From positions 12,069,579 to 12,133,578 of the forward strand of contig NC_043026.1 of assembly GCF_006345805.1 (NCBI RefSeq): a stretch of DNA of 64,000 bases, given 5' to 3'. This document shows positions 26,518 through 42,825 of the stretch, in pieces. A program made the position numbers and the translations under genes. The stretch's first letter is position 1. Every line of letters begins with the position of its first letter. This stretch comes from Octopus sinensis (Eukaryota). Below the pieces are notes generated by a model that did not search any database, was not told where the DNA came from, and saw only the letters and a program-made list of their open reading frames with translations.

Positions 26518-26691
26518 GAAATAGGAAATCCGTTGGTCTCCTTATTCAATCGGAATTTGGTAAATTGTGGCTTTCGAAACACGTGTAGAATGCATATAAA
26601 CGATTTCTGTTCAATCTTCGTTCAACTCCATTTCTTCAATTCACTTATATATATATATATATATATAATATATATATATATATAATATATA

Positions 26692-26729
<38 letters not shown>

Positions 26730-26897
26730 TATAATATATATATACATATATATATATTATATATATATACATATATATATATATATACAGTGATACCTCA
26801 CTTTATGAGGACCTGCTTTACGAGACCCCACAAGAACCTGTGTCCACTATAACCTTCGAACAGGGGAGGTCAGCCGCTTTCCCTTGCTGGTCAGGCA

Positions 26898-26940
26898 TCT
26901 GCAGACATGTTTCAGGGTATTTGCGCTTTGTCAATGCAGA
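26898..26940 (-). ncRNA. Type-I hammerhead motif, U3-A8 variant core
   Basis: UCUGCA-UUGACAA-AGCG caaaua CCCU-GAAA-CAUG-UC-UGCAGA (one stem II mismatch). Confidence 0.7.
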
Positions 26941-27318
26941 GTAGGCAGACCCAGCAGGCATCACTGCCGACCGTCTGTTCAAAGGATTATTTACCTAATT
27001 TCTGTGGAATACGTCCACTGGTTTCCAAAAATAGAAATATTAAAATTTGTAAAGGAGACTATGGCAGCGGTACTGGAAATTAACAGTTATTGCCAAGCTA
27101 ATATGGCAGTCCATAAATATAGGACGAAAGCTGCCGTTGATTAGCTCCAAGAGGTCATCGCCTCTAGCTAGCTATATGACACACGAACCTGTGTCCATTA
27201 TAACCTTCGAACAGGGGAGGTCAGCCGCTTCCCTTCGCGGGTCAGGCATTTCCACTGAAATTAGGTAAATAATCCTTTGAACAGACGGTCGGCAGTGATG
27301 CCTGCTGGGTCTGGCTAC

Positions 27319-27361
27319 TCTGCATTGACAAAGGGCAAATACCCTGAAACATGTCTGCAGA
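27319..27361 (+). ncRNA. Type-I hammerhead motif, U3-A8 variant core, GUC cleavage triplet
   Basis: UCUGCA-UUGACAA-AGGG caaaua CCCU-GAAA-CAUG-UC-UGCAGA: 6-bp stem I, 4-bp stem II, palindromic stem III. Confidence 0.8.
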
Positions 27362-27598
27362 TGCCTGACCAGCAAGGGGAAGCGGCTGACCTTCCCTGTT
27401 CAAAGGTTGTAATGGACACAGGTTCATGTGTCATATAGCTAGCTAGAGGTGATGGCCTCTCGCAGCTAATCAACGGCAGCTTTAGTCTTATATTTATGGA
27501 CTGCCATATTAGCTTGGCAATAACTATTAATTTCCAGTACCGCTGCCGTAGTCTCCCCTAGAGAGACTTAGAAATTTTAATATATCTATTTCTATATA

Positions 27599-27698
27599 NN
27601 NNNNNNNNNNNNNNNNNNNNNNNNNNNNNNNNNNNNNNNNNNNNNNNNNNNNNNNNNNNNNNNNNNNNNNNNNNNNNNNNNNNNNNNNNNNNNNNNNN
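27599..27698. other. Assembly gap
   Basis: 100 consecutive N. Confidence 1.
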
Positions 27699-28412
27699 AC
27701 TATAGAATTTTCTCAATAAGCCAAGAGAAAAAGATGTTTTATTTTGACACATTCTACCAGTATACGAAGTTTAAAAGTGTTTAGTTACGTGGAAATTATT
27801 TTAAAAAACTGCCGTTCAAACCGAAAAGATCCAATACTCGTGAATTGTGCCGTCACTTTGCTGCATCGAAGAAAATTCTAGCCATTCAACCCAATTGTTT
27901 GGCTTTTGTATGAACAGGTAGATTTTATTTGTAATTAACCAAAATTGTATGTACGACTAAGGGGAGGTAATCAGTGTGATATCTCGTCACAACGTCGAAA
28001 TAGATTCCGTAATCCAATCACCACAGACGACCTATTATTATTGTTATGGGATCGCTTTTGTTGCAGTGGTGGAGGCGCGTGGCTTAGCGGTTAGGGTGTC
28101 AGCATCATGATCGTAAGATTGTGGTTTCGATTCCTGGACCGGGCGACGCGTTGTGTTCTTGAGCAAAACACTTCCTTTTCACGTTGCTCCAGTCCACTCA
28201 GCTGGCAAAAATGAGTAACGTTGCGACGGACTGGCATCCCGTCCAGCTGGGGAACACGTACGCCATAGAAACCGGGAAACCGGACCCATGAGCCTGGCTA
28301 GCCTTTAAAAAGGGCGCATTTATTATGTTTATTAATTTTTTGTTACAGTCACTGTTCTGTTTTTTTTTTTTTTTCCCCGGTTGTTTTCTAATGCTATATT
28401 CCTTGTACAGCA

Positions 28413-30166
28413 TGCAGGAGAAATACCTAGCCAAAGATAAACCCCTATATTTGGCTTTTGTGGACTTGGAGAAAGCCTTTGACAGGGTCCCCCGATCCCT
28501 TATCAGGTGGGCAATGCGAAAACTGGGGATTGACAACTGGTTAATAAGGGATGTAGAGGCCCTGTATAGAGATGACATTAGTAGGGTTAGGATTGGCAGT
28601 CAGTATAGTGAAGAATTCCAGGTAGAAGTAGGAGTCCACCAAGGATCAGCCCTCAGCCCCCTCTTATTCATCATAGTCCTCCAAGTAATAACAGAGGAAT
28701 TCAAGACAAGTTGCCCCTGGGTGCTCCTCTATGCTGACACCTGGCCCTCATAGCAGAATCACTACCAGAACTAGAGAAGAAACTTCAAGTGTGGAAGCAA
28801 GGTTTAGAATCCAAGGGCCTTAGAGTCAGTGTTGCAAAGACCAGAGTTGTAGTAAGTAGGAAGGCAAACATATCACATACCCCTTCAGGTAGGTGGCCCT
28901 GCTTAATCTGTAGAAAAGGTGTAAGTAGAAACTCCATAAGATGTACCCAGCGTAAGCTATGGACACATAAGAGGTGCAGCAACATCAAAGGAAGTTTAAC
29001 CTGGAAGATAGCTTTTGCATGCAGCAGATGCACAGGGGCAATAAACACCACGGATGCTCAGAAAACAGACTCCATCACATGCCAGGGGAAGAAACTAGAA
29101 GTAGTTGATAGCTTCTGTTACCTAGGTGACCAAGTCTGTAGTGGTGGTGGATGCTCAGAGAGTGTTACCATTAGAATAAGAATAACCTGGGTAAAGTTCA
29201 GAAAGCTTCTACCCCTATTGGTGAGAAAGGGTCTCTCGCTCAGAGTGAAAGGTAGATTGTATGATGCATGTGTGCAAAGTGCCATGCTTCATGGCAGTGA
29301 AACATGGGCTGTGACTGCTGAAGACATGTGTAGGCTTGAAAGAAATGAAGCTAGCATGATCCGCTGGATGTGTAATGTCAGTATGCACACACACACACAA
29401 CAGAGTGTAAGTGCTCTGAAAGAAATGTTAGACATAAGAAGCATCAGATGTGACATACAAGAGAGACGTTTGCATTGGTATGGTCATGTAGTGTGGATGG
29501 ACGAGGAGAGCTGTGTGTAGAAGTGCCACTCCCAAGCAGTGGAAGGAATCCGGGGTAGAGGGAGACCCAGGAAGACATGGGACGAGGTGGTCAAGCATGA
29601 CCTTTGAATGTTGGGCCTCACAGAGGCAATGACAAAAGGCTGAGACTTCTGGGGTTATGCTGTGACTGAGAAGACCTGGCAAATAAAGTGAGTCCTCAGC
29701 TGTAGCCTACACCAGTGTCGCATAACCAGCCCACTCAAAAGTACCTTGACTTGTAGGGTGACATTCTGTGCTTAAGGAGACCTACTTAGTCAAGTACATC
29801 AACATCAGCAATATCAGTATCAAGTCAAATGGAAATTGTAGTTGTGACCCCTGGGCCGGTAGCACGTGAAAAGCACCATCCGAAGAAGCTGATAACAGTG
29901 TGGCTTTGACTGGCTTCTGTGCCAGTGACACTTAAAAAAAAACAACCATCCAATGGTGGTAGATGCCAGCTCCTCTGGCCCCTGTGCTGGTGGCACATAA
30001 AAAGCACCCACTTCATTTTCGGAGTGGTTGGCATTAGAAAGGGCATCCAGCTGTAGAAACACTGCCAGATCAGATTGGGGCCTGGTGCAGCCTCCTGGTT
30101 TCTCACACTCCAGTCGAACCGTCCAACCCATGCCAGCATGGAAAATGGACGTTAAACGATGATGAG
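28413..30166 (+). mobile_element. 5'-truncated RTE-clade LINE (RT, PHD-like insert, C-terminus, 3' UTR), defective
   Basis: AFVDLEKAFDRV, GVHQGSALSPLLF, YAD then frameshift at ~28740, FCYLG, MLHGSETW, LHWYGHV; in-frame stops; GATGATG tail. Confidence 0.92.
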
Positions 30167-30444
30167 GTGGAGGCAACCATATTTTTTTTACCCTTTTGAG
30201 GTACTCATTCCTTGTTTTCTCCTTATTAACTGGACCCTAATTCTGTCCAAAACGTCTGTAGCTTTCCTTAGAGATTTCCCTTGATACCCTTATTAAATCT
30301 TACCGATAGAAGTTGAGATTTTTTAAAACCGATATTCTGTACTAAGTTCTGAATCCTTTTACTAGTTTTTCAAAGATTCTTTCATCTTTATTTATGCCAA
30401 AGTTACAGCTTTCATCTTTCGTTTTTAACGTGTTTAAATACTCG

Positions 30445-30858
30445 GGATCTTTTCGGTTTGAACGGCAGTTTTTTCTAGCGGTGTCATATGAAATTGTCAC
30501 CCATAATTATGACCCTAGTATTGATCTATTGCATTTCAATCTATTTTAGGTTTAGGGTTAGGGGGAAGGGTATCTTTTTTTTCTTCACAAATGTAAATAA
30601 ACCCAATCTGTTTCTTAAACGAGGGACATATTCATATGGCACAGAATGTTTTTTACCTCAATAGACGTCACTGATTGGTTGAAATTGCAGAAACTGAAGA
30701 AAAAAAGCAACAAATATCTTACAAACTATAGAATTTTCTCAATAAAGCCAAGAGAAAAAAGATGTTTTATAAACACATTCTACCAGTATACGAAGTTTAA
30801 AAGTGTTTAGTTACGTGGAAATTATTTTAAAAAACTGCCGTTCAAACCGAAAAGACCC
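30445..30858. mobile_element. MITE with ~29-bp TIRs (GGATCTTTTCGGTTTGAACGGCAG), 8-bp TSD
   Basis: TSD AATACTCG / AATATTCG; a duplicate of its right end plus flank lies at 27699-28005 and shows AATACTCG. Confidence 0.8.
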
Positions 30859-31329
30859 AATATTCGTCAATTGTGTCGTCACTTTGCTCCATCGATGAAA
30901 ATTCTAGCCATTCAACCCAATTGTTTGGCTTTTGTATGAACAGGTAGATTTTATTTGTAATTAACCAATATTGTATGTACGACTAAGGGGAGGTAATCAG
31001 TGTAATATCTTGTCACAACGTCGAAATAGGAGTCCACCAAGGATCAGCCCTCAGCCCCCTCTTATTCATCATAGTCCTCCAAGAAATAACAGAGGAATTC
31101 AAGACAGGTTGCCCCTGGGAGCTCCTCTATGCTGACACCTGGCCCTCATAGCAGAATCACAACCAGAACTAGTTACCTAGAAATTATGTTAAAAACTGCC
31201 GTTCAAACCGAAAGAACCCCACAGGTTTAATAACAAATTAAATATTGAAATTCAGTTGTCCAGGTTAATGTTTTTCTATACATTTGAAGCATCTTCTGTA
31301 TCTTACGCTGTTGTTTCTCTTTTCAGATT

Positions 31330-32463
31330 ATTGGATGAAATTGACCTCAAAGAATTGTTTATTCAAGTACATCGTGACTATTTTTCACCTTTTAAAACCG
31401 AAGGAAAGTATTGTCGAAGCATGTGTTTACCACTGGATGAAATTGACCTCAAAGAATTGTTTATATCAAGTACATCGTGACTATTTTTCACCTTTTAAAA
31501 ACCGAAAAGTATGTTGAAGCATTGTTTTACACTGGATGAATGCTCAAAGAATTGTTATATCAGCATCGTGACTTTTTCACTTTTAAAACCGAGGAAAATG
31601 TATTGTTGAAGCATGTTTTACCAAATGAAATGACCTCAAAGAATTGTTTATATCAAGTACATCGTGACTATTTTTCACCTTTTAAAAACGAAGGCAAATG
31701 TATTGTTGAAGCATTGTTTTACACTGGATGAAATTGCCTCAAAGAATTTTATACGTACATCGTGACTATTTTTCACCTTTTAAAACCGAGGCAATGTATT
31801 GTTGAAGCATTGTTTTACCACTGGATGAAATTGACCTCAAAGAATTGTTTATATCAAGTACATCGTGACTATTTTTCACCTTTTAAAAACCGAAGGCAAA
31901 TGTATTGTTGAAGCATTGTTTTACCACTGGATGAAATTGACCTCAAAGAATTGTTTATATCAAGTACATCGTGACTATTTTTCACCTTTTAAAAACCGAA
32001 GGAAAATGTATTGTCGAAGCATTGTTTTACCACTGGATGAAATTGACCTCAAAGAATTGTTTATATCAAGTACATCGTGACTATTTTTCACCTTTTAAAA
32101 ACCGAAGGCAAATGTATTGTTGAAGCATTGTTTTACCACTGGATGAAATTGACCTCAAAGAATTGTTTATATCAAGTACATCGTGACTATTTTTCACCTT
32201 TTAAAAACCGAAGGAAAATGTATTGTTGAAGCATTGTTTTACCACTGGATGAAATTGACCTCAAAGAATTGTTTATATCAAGTACATCGTGACTATTTTT
32301 CACCTTTTAAAAACCGAAGGCAAATGTATTGTTGAAGCATTGTTTTACCACTGGATGAAATTGACCTCAAAGAATTGTTTATATCAAGTACATCGTGACT
32401 ATTTTTCACCTTTTAAAAACCGAAGGAAAATGTATTGTCGAAGCATTGTTTTACCACTGGATG
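31330..32463. repeat. 106-bp satellite, ~11 copies
   Basis: CTGGATGAAATTGACCTCAAAG at 31821, 31927, 32033...; early copies carry small deletions. Confidence 0.95.
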
Positions 32464-32974
32464 CCCTTAACTATTTTTCAAATAAAGGATCTCTTATTCC
32501 ATACTGCTTCCAGGCTGTAAACCAAACATAATTTGCTGAGAGGAAAACAAAATCAAAACCACCTATCACAACTCTAAGGAAAGCTACAGACGTTTTGGAC
32601 AGAATTAGGGTCCTGTTAATAAGGAGAAAACAAGGAATGAGTACCTCAAAAGGGTAAAAAAAATATGGACGGTTCGACTGGAGTGTGGGAAGCCAGGAGG
32701 CTGCACCAGGCCCCAATCTGATCTGGCAGTGTTTCTACAGCTGGATGCCCTTTCTAATGCCAACCACTCTGAAAATGTAGTGGGTGCTTTTTATGTGCCA
32801 CCAGCACAGGGGCCAGAGGAGCTGGCATCTACCACCATTGGATGGTTGTTTTTTTTTATGTGTCACTGGCACAGAAGCCAGTCAAAGCCGCACTGACATC
32901 AGCTACTTTGGATGGTGCTTTTTCTATTTTAATTAAAATTGAGCATACTCACAAAAGAGTTTGTATCTTAAGAT

Positions 32975-33240
32975 ATTTCATTTCATTTGAGTTTGAGTCC
33001 ATGCTCAGGCCAAGTCGAAGACTCCACCCTCAGAGTCTGGTGTGGTTGCCAGGTTGTATTCTCTGTTTAATTTTGACATGTGTAGGAGCGAGTTTGAGTC
33101 AGTTTGTGCTCGTTGTGTATATCCTGGGAGATGGGGTTCATCTCTAATGGTGCTTAAGTATCTATCCAGCTGCAATTTGAATGATTCCACACTGCATCCT
33201 GATAGATTTCTGACATGTACCGGAATGGAGTTGAATAAAA
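32975..33240 (-). mobile_element. CR1/L2-group LINE 3' end
   Basis: LFNSIPVHVRNLSGCSVESFKLQLDRYLSTIRDEP...SNSL, followed by a short repeat tail. Confidence 0.7.
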
Positions 33241-33379
33241 ATCACATCGAATGGATATGTAGCTGTGAAAACATTTATAAGGAATAAATTACAAAGATGC
33301 AAAGAAGAAAAATTTCCTTATATTGTAGTGAAAAAAAAAAAAAAAGTGAACAACCAAACAGTACAAGTAACTCCAAGGA

Positions 33380-36990
<3,611 letters not shown>

Positions 36991-37158
36991 GTATTTTTCC
37001 ATCTGCTGGATAGGGAGTTATTCTCAATCCAGTTACCAAACCCAAATGCATAACTGAGTGACTTCAGTTGTTTCAAAGTTTGGGATAAGGCCAGCAATTT
37101 CAGGGAAGAGCTAAGTTCGTTTGATATATATATATATACATACATACATATATATATA

Positions 37159-37248
<90 letters not shown>

Positions 37249-37348
37249 GACTATGAGGATTTACCTTCCCAATGAAACTCGTTTTTTTCCCAAACTTCTT
37301 CTCAAACCTGCTATAATGTGATACATGTCTTTGGTGTGGTAATTGTAC

Positions 37349-37435
37349 GCGGCTGAAGAAGGCTATTGACCTACATGTTATATCAATTATGCATTGATAT
37401 AAGTTGTTCAATAAAGCCAGAAACATATGTACCAC
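37349..37435 (+). ncRNA. Type-I hammerhead motif (CUGAAGA core, extended stem II), probably decayed
   Basis: GCGG-CUGAAGA-aGGCUAUUGA...UCAAUaaAGCCa-GAAA-CAUAUG-UA-CCAC; mismatches in stem I and at the base of stem II. Confidence 0.6.
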
Positions 37436-37753
37436 TAAATCCTTTGCATCCTGTTTTTTCTTTTGATAAATATATCCTATCACTTACACCACGAGCTGGC
37501 ATATACAGGTGCTTACAGTTATCAAGAATTCACCCTGAATTTTCTGTCTGTCTGTATGTATGTATGTATGTATGTATGTATGTATGTATGTATGTATGTA
37601 CGTACGTACGTACAACAATTAATATTGTATTTATTGTCTGTGAAAATTATAGAATATAAAACAACTTTGATAAAAAATTATATCTACTTTTCTGACGAAA
37701 ACAATGCCATTCTGAACATTTTGGCCGCAACTGTATATATATATATATATATA

Positions 37754-37944
37754 TATTACGTTATATAATTAAGGTTGAGTAAAAAAATTTAGTTTGCCAC
37801 ACACCGAACTTTAGAAATAGCAGCCAAAAAATTTAGCTATTTCCTCCACTATAAGAAATAGCTAAACTTTTTGGCTGCTATTTCTAAAAGTTCGGTGTGT
37901 GGCAAAGTAAATTTTTTTACTGAACCCTAATTATATAACGTAAT
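37754..37944. repeat. Inverted repeat (~90-bp arms) in a (TA)n-inserted element
   Basis: 37754-37843 pairs with 37855-37944; the tail resembles 25730-25830. Confidence 0.85.
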
Positions 37945-38068
37945 GTTTTTAATATACCGTAAATGGTCTTTTTACATACTGAACACTACTTGGTAAAATT
38001 ATTAATTAATAATTCATTAATTATACCCTTTTATTATTGACTATATATATATATATCTATATCTATAG

Positions 38069-39746
38069 CATAGGCTAATCATTTGTGACTTTAGGCTTGA
38101 GGCCAGAAGGACTCCAAAAAGCAGACCAATCCAGAAAAGAAGGATTTGGAAGCTAAAGAACCCTTCACATGGTCAGAGATTTAGGGACATCCTCATCAAG
38201 AAATTTGATGAGAGGGAGGAGGAGCTACAGACGTCAGACATAGAAGGTAGCTGGAAATCCCTACGGGACAGCTTGCTGAGTGCCACAGACCAAGTCTGTG
38301 GATGGTGCAAAGTCCCTTCCAGACCTAGAGTTACGTGGTGGTGGAATAGTGCAGTAGATAAAGCCATTAGTACAAAGAAACAGGCCTGGAGGGATGGGGG
38401 TAGCAGGGAACCGTACCAAGTAGCCAAAAGGGAGGCCGGGCGGCAGGTATACATAGCCAAAGATATAGCAGAAAAGAAGAAGTTTGCCAATGTCCAGCGA
38501 CGTGAGGACCAAAGAACTGAGGTATTTCGGATTGCTAGACAGTGTGTGAGAGAAAATAGTGATGTTACAGGAGAGAAATGTGTCCGTATGAATGATGGGG
38601 CACTTGCTTTTAATGTTGGTGAAAAGAAAGAGGCTTGGAGAAGCCATTATGAAAGACTGCTGAATGTGGAGAATGAATGGGAGGAGGAGAGCCTGCCAAA
38701 TGTTGACCCAGTAGAGGGACCAGCTATCCAAATAGACAGCTCCCTTGTAGTTAAGGCAATTAAGGGTATGAAACCAGGTAAAGCCCCCGGCCCATCAGGT
38801 ATCACTGCTGAGATGCTTAAAACAGCTGGTTATGTGGGCTATGGCCTAGTCACCTGTATTGTTAACCAGGTAGTTCATAATGGAGTCATACCCAATGACT
38901 GGCGTAGCAGCACCATAGTCAACTGCTACAAGGGTAAAGGTGATTCTCTAGATAGAAATAACTACAGGGGTATTAAACTGTTGGATCAGGTGATGAAGGT
39001 CACAGAGAGGGTCATAACCCATCTCATTAGGGAGAGAATTTGCTTAGATGAGATGCAGTTCGGTTTTGTGCCGGGTAGAAGCACCACTGATGCTATATTC
39101 CTGGTCCGACAACTGCAGGAGAAGTACCTAGCTAAAGATAAACCCCTCTACATAGCTTTTGTGGACTTGGAGAAAGCCTTTGACAGGGTTCCCCGATCCC
39201 TTATCTGGTGGTCGATGCGGAAACTGGAGATTGACAAATGGCTAATAAGGGCTGTACAGGCTCTATACAGAGAGGCTGTCAGCAAGGTTAGGATTGGCAA
39301 CGAATATAGTGAAGAATTCAGGGGAGAAGTAGGTGTACACCAAGGCTCAGCCCTCAGTCCCCTTTTATTCATCATAGTCCTCCAGGCAATAACAGAGGAA
39401 TTCAAAACAGGTTGCCCCTGGGAGATCCTCTATGCTAATGACCTGGCTCTCATAGCAGAATCACTACCGGAACTAGAAAAGAAACTTCAAGTGTGGAAGC
39501 AAGGTTTAGAATCGAAGGGCCTTAGAGCCAGTGTTACAATGACCAGAGTTCTAGTAAGTAGGAAGGCAAACACATCACATACCCCTTCAGGTAGGTGGCC
39601 CTGTTTAATCTGTAGAAAAGGTGTAGGTAGAAACTCCATAAGATGTACCCAGTGTAAGCTATGGACACATAAGAGGTGCAGCAACATCAAAGGAAGTTTA
39701 ACCTGGAAGATAGCTTTCGTGTGCAGCAGATGCACAGGGGAAATAA
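38069..39746 (+). mobile_element. RTE-clade LINE fragment (end of APE endonuclease, RT, PHD-like insert), 3' end lost at a SINE
   Basis: HRLIICDF (APE end), KAPGPSGI, YKGKGD..NYRGIKLL, QFGFVPGRSTTDAIF, YAND in place of YADD; runs into a SINE at ~39747. Confidence 0.92.
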
Positions 39747-40014
39747 ACCGCTAAGTAACGGGGACATAAACACACCAGCATCGGTTGTCAAGCAATGCTA
39801 GGGGTACAAACACAGACACACAAACACATACACACATATACATATATATACGACAGGCTTCTATCAGTTTCCATCTACCAAATCCACTCACAAGGGTTTA
39901 GTCGGCCCAAGGCTATAGCAGAAGACACTTGCCCAAGGTGCCGCGCAGTGGGACTGAACCCAGAACCATGTGGTTGGTAAGCAAGCTACTTACCACACAG
40001 CCACTCCTACGCCT
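39747..40014 (-). mobile_element. SINE family A (3'-truncated)
   Basis: Matches the head and body of family A. Confidence 0.8.
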
Positions 40015-41658
40015 ATATGTTTATATATAACAAGTAAAATGCCCCATGTCCAATGGACGGTGCTGAGTTGTTGAACATTTAAACCAAATTTTCTCAAAAC
40101 AACTTGTCTGACCGTCCCATAGGCCTCCCCTTTGAGAAACACTGATTTAACCTAAATTTGAGACACTAGCAAAAGAAGAAATAAAGATAGACTTCTTTTC
40201 TATTCCAAAGAAAAACGATTTTATTCACACAAATATGCAAAAGACTATATACTGCATTTTGTGGCATTATTTTGAGCCAGTTGGCTTTTTTTGTGCTAAC
40301 TGCATGTGCACTTTTCTTGTGTACACGTAGTATCGATCGCAACAGCTGATGTACTTGCACGTACAAATGCACGTTCCCATGGCTTTATCGATCGTATTCT
40401 CACCTGGAATCGATTTTTGTAAGTTTTTCAAGACTTTTATACACACACTGATACTGTCGGTATCTACATATCAAATTTGAGTGCAAAATTGAGTGCAGCC
40501 ACTCCTGCAGCCATTAGTATTTTATTCATTAAAATATTGATCTTTTTTTCTTTAATAGCAACGCTTTTCTTTTAACTTCAATTAGCACTATGACCCAGCC
40601 CTCTAACTGAAAAATTGTGGATTTGTATAAAGGACACTCCCGCAGGGATCTTGCCATTTTATATATATAGAGATGACGAAATTAAAGCCCAAGATAGCAA
40701 GCTTACTAACATTCCCATAAACACGTTCAATTGCCCATATAGCAGAAAGGAATATTGATAGAAAGGATTAGTAGATAATGAAACCAATCCCTAAATATTT
40801 ATAATAAAACTGGAAGCATCTTCAAGAACTTATAAAAGTAAATTCGAAAATATCTAACCAGAGAACATTAAATTTATTTTGCTTAATCAAGTTTGCCAAA
40901 TTACTTTCGTACTTACTTAATTGACTGCATTTATTAGTTCTGCACTCAAATGTATCTAAAATGAAAGATTCCCTTTTTTTTTTTTTATTAGAAAAAATTA
41001 TTTATGAAAAGATATGACTTTTTGTAAAAAAAACAACACTTCTTTTCCTTTCTCAAATGAAATGCAAAGTGCGGCTAGTGAATAATATGTTGGTAGCCCA
41101 TGACTAAGGCTTTTACACCTTTTAGACCTGCATAACCATTAACCAGCATTTGTCAACTGAAGGTAATTTAATTATATACTCTCACACTTGTATAATTTGT
41201 TAATAATCTTTAGGAAAGATTACTAGAAAGATAGGCGCATCCTTAACCATATTTCAAAAGAACGAGAAGTTTTTGTGTTGTTTTTTTCTCAAAAATTTAA
41301 TCCACGTTTTTTTAAACGTTTGTATCAACTCTAAAAAACTTTTCTTTTTCATTGATTTTATTTACTTAGTTCGAAATATATTATTTAACTTGTGTAAAAA
41401 ATTTATATACATTATATAAATAACTTAGATATGTTTCGACCAAAGGTGCTATTAATTTAGACATGGCCTGGACCAATCTTTGGTCGAAACATATCTAAGT
41501 TATCTAACATTAAAAAAAAAACAACTTTGCAAGGTTCTTTATGTGAATTCGTGTGTTGAAGCATGTTCTTTTGTATCTGGGGAGAGTAATTTTCTTTTTG
41601 TGCCTTACGATATAACACGCACACGCACACACACACACACACACCTGTAGCACGAAGT

Positions 41659-41709
41659 TTTGTCAGTGAACAGGTCGCGGTCTCAAAGCAATGAAAATAT
41701 TTTGACAAA
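41659..41709 (+). ncRNA. Type-I hammerhead motif, G3-C8 core
   Basis: UUUGUCA-GUGAACA-g-GUCGC loop GCAAU-GAAA-AUAU-UU-UGACAAA (one stem II mismatch). Confidence 0.6.
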
Positions 41710-41824
41710 TTAAACTTAAATGTTGAAGTGAATTGAACGGTTTTGGTGTTTCTTAAATGGCTTATAAACACCTTCCACGCTGCAATTATATATATATATA
41801 TATAAACCTTATTCAGCACGGATT

Positions 41825-41875
41825 TTTGTCAGTGAAGAGGTCGCGGTCTCAAAGCGATGAAAATATTTTGACAAA
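41825..41875 (+). ncRNA. Hammerhead motif, same family (core GUGAAGA, 3-8 mismatch)
   Basis: Second tandem unit, period 166 bp; stems intact. Confidence 0.55.
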
Positions 41876-42466
41876 TTAAACTTAAATGTTGAAGTGAATC
41901 GAACGGCTTTTGTGTGTTTCTTAAATTGTTTATAAACACCTTCCACGCTGCAATTGTTTTCTTATTTTTATTTTCCTAAAGTTTTCGTTGCGTCTTGCAA
42001 CCTTTTCAATAGTTTTGACAAAAAGGAAATGGCTCTCCCCGAGGCACAAGGGAATATTTAAGATTATTTGTGTATCGTGCTTGCGCGAATCTAGTCATTT
42101 GCATACGCCTTAGTTGTAGGATCATTTCAATGAAATTTTATAGAAATACAATTGCAAGGGCTTATTCTTTGTAAGCCCAGTACTTATTCTATCGGTCTCT
42201 TTTGCCGAACCGCTAAGTGACGGGGACGTCAACACACCAGCATCAATGAAATTTTATAGAAATACAATTGCAAGGGCATACGTTACGATTATAAAGAAAT
42301 TTGTGGGGAGAAGACTTCGGAAAATTCACAAAATCCGAGTTTTTTCCTCATGATTTTTAGGAAAATGGGTTGTTGTTTTTTCAACGAAAACAAATGAAGA
42401 ATGCAAAAAATTAGGAACATTCATCTATTTTTAAATATTTTGTACTAAAATATAAAACAAATCCAA

Positions 42467-42825
42467 GGAGCAGGAATGGCTGTGTGGTAAGTAGCTTGCT
42501 AACCAACCACATGGTACCGGGTTCAGTGGCACCTTGGGCAAGTGTCTTCTACTATAGCCCCGGGCCTTGTGAGTGGATTTGGTAGACGGAAACTGAAGGA
42601 AGCCCGTCGTATATATGTATGCGTGTGTGTGTTTGTGTGTCTGTTTGTCCCCCTAGCACTGCTGGTGTGTTTACGTCCCCGTTACTTAGCGTTTCGGCTA
42701 AAGAGACCGATAGAATAAGTACTGGGCTTGCAAAAGAATAAGTCCCGGGGTCGAGTTGCTCGACTAAGAGGCGGTGCTCCAGCACGGCCGCAGTCAAATG
42801 ACTGAAACAAGTAGAAGAGAGTAAA
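42467..42825 (+). mobile_element. SINE family A
   Basis: Head to tail with internal deletions. Confidence 0.8.

Larger units (their letters stand above)
26835..27597. repeat. ~350-bp hammerhead-carrying unit in direct plus inverted arrangement
   Basis: GAACCTGTGTCCA at 26835 and 27185 (period 350); 27250-27597 is an inverted copy of the unit. Confidence 0.8.

Noticed and set aside
30548-30565. TTAGGG telomere-like repeats (also ~18759-18770)
   Set aside because: Only 2-3 units, inside or near transposon sequence; not an interstitial telomere.
41420-41505. Hairpin with GACCA/TGGTC-GAAAC resembling a hammerhead 3' half (also ~43455-43540, ~63450-63490)
   Set aside because: No CUGAnGA-like core or 3-8 covariant upstream; kept only as an inverted repeat.
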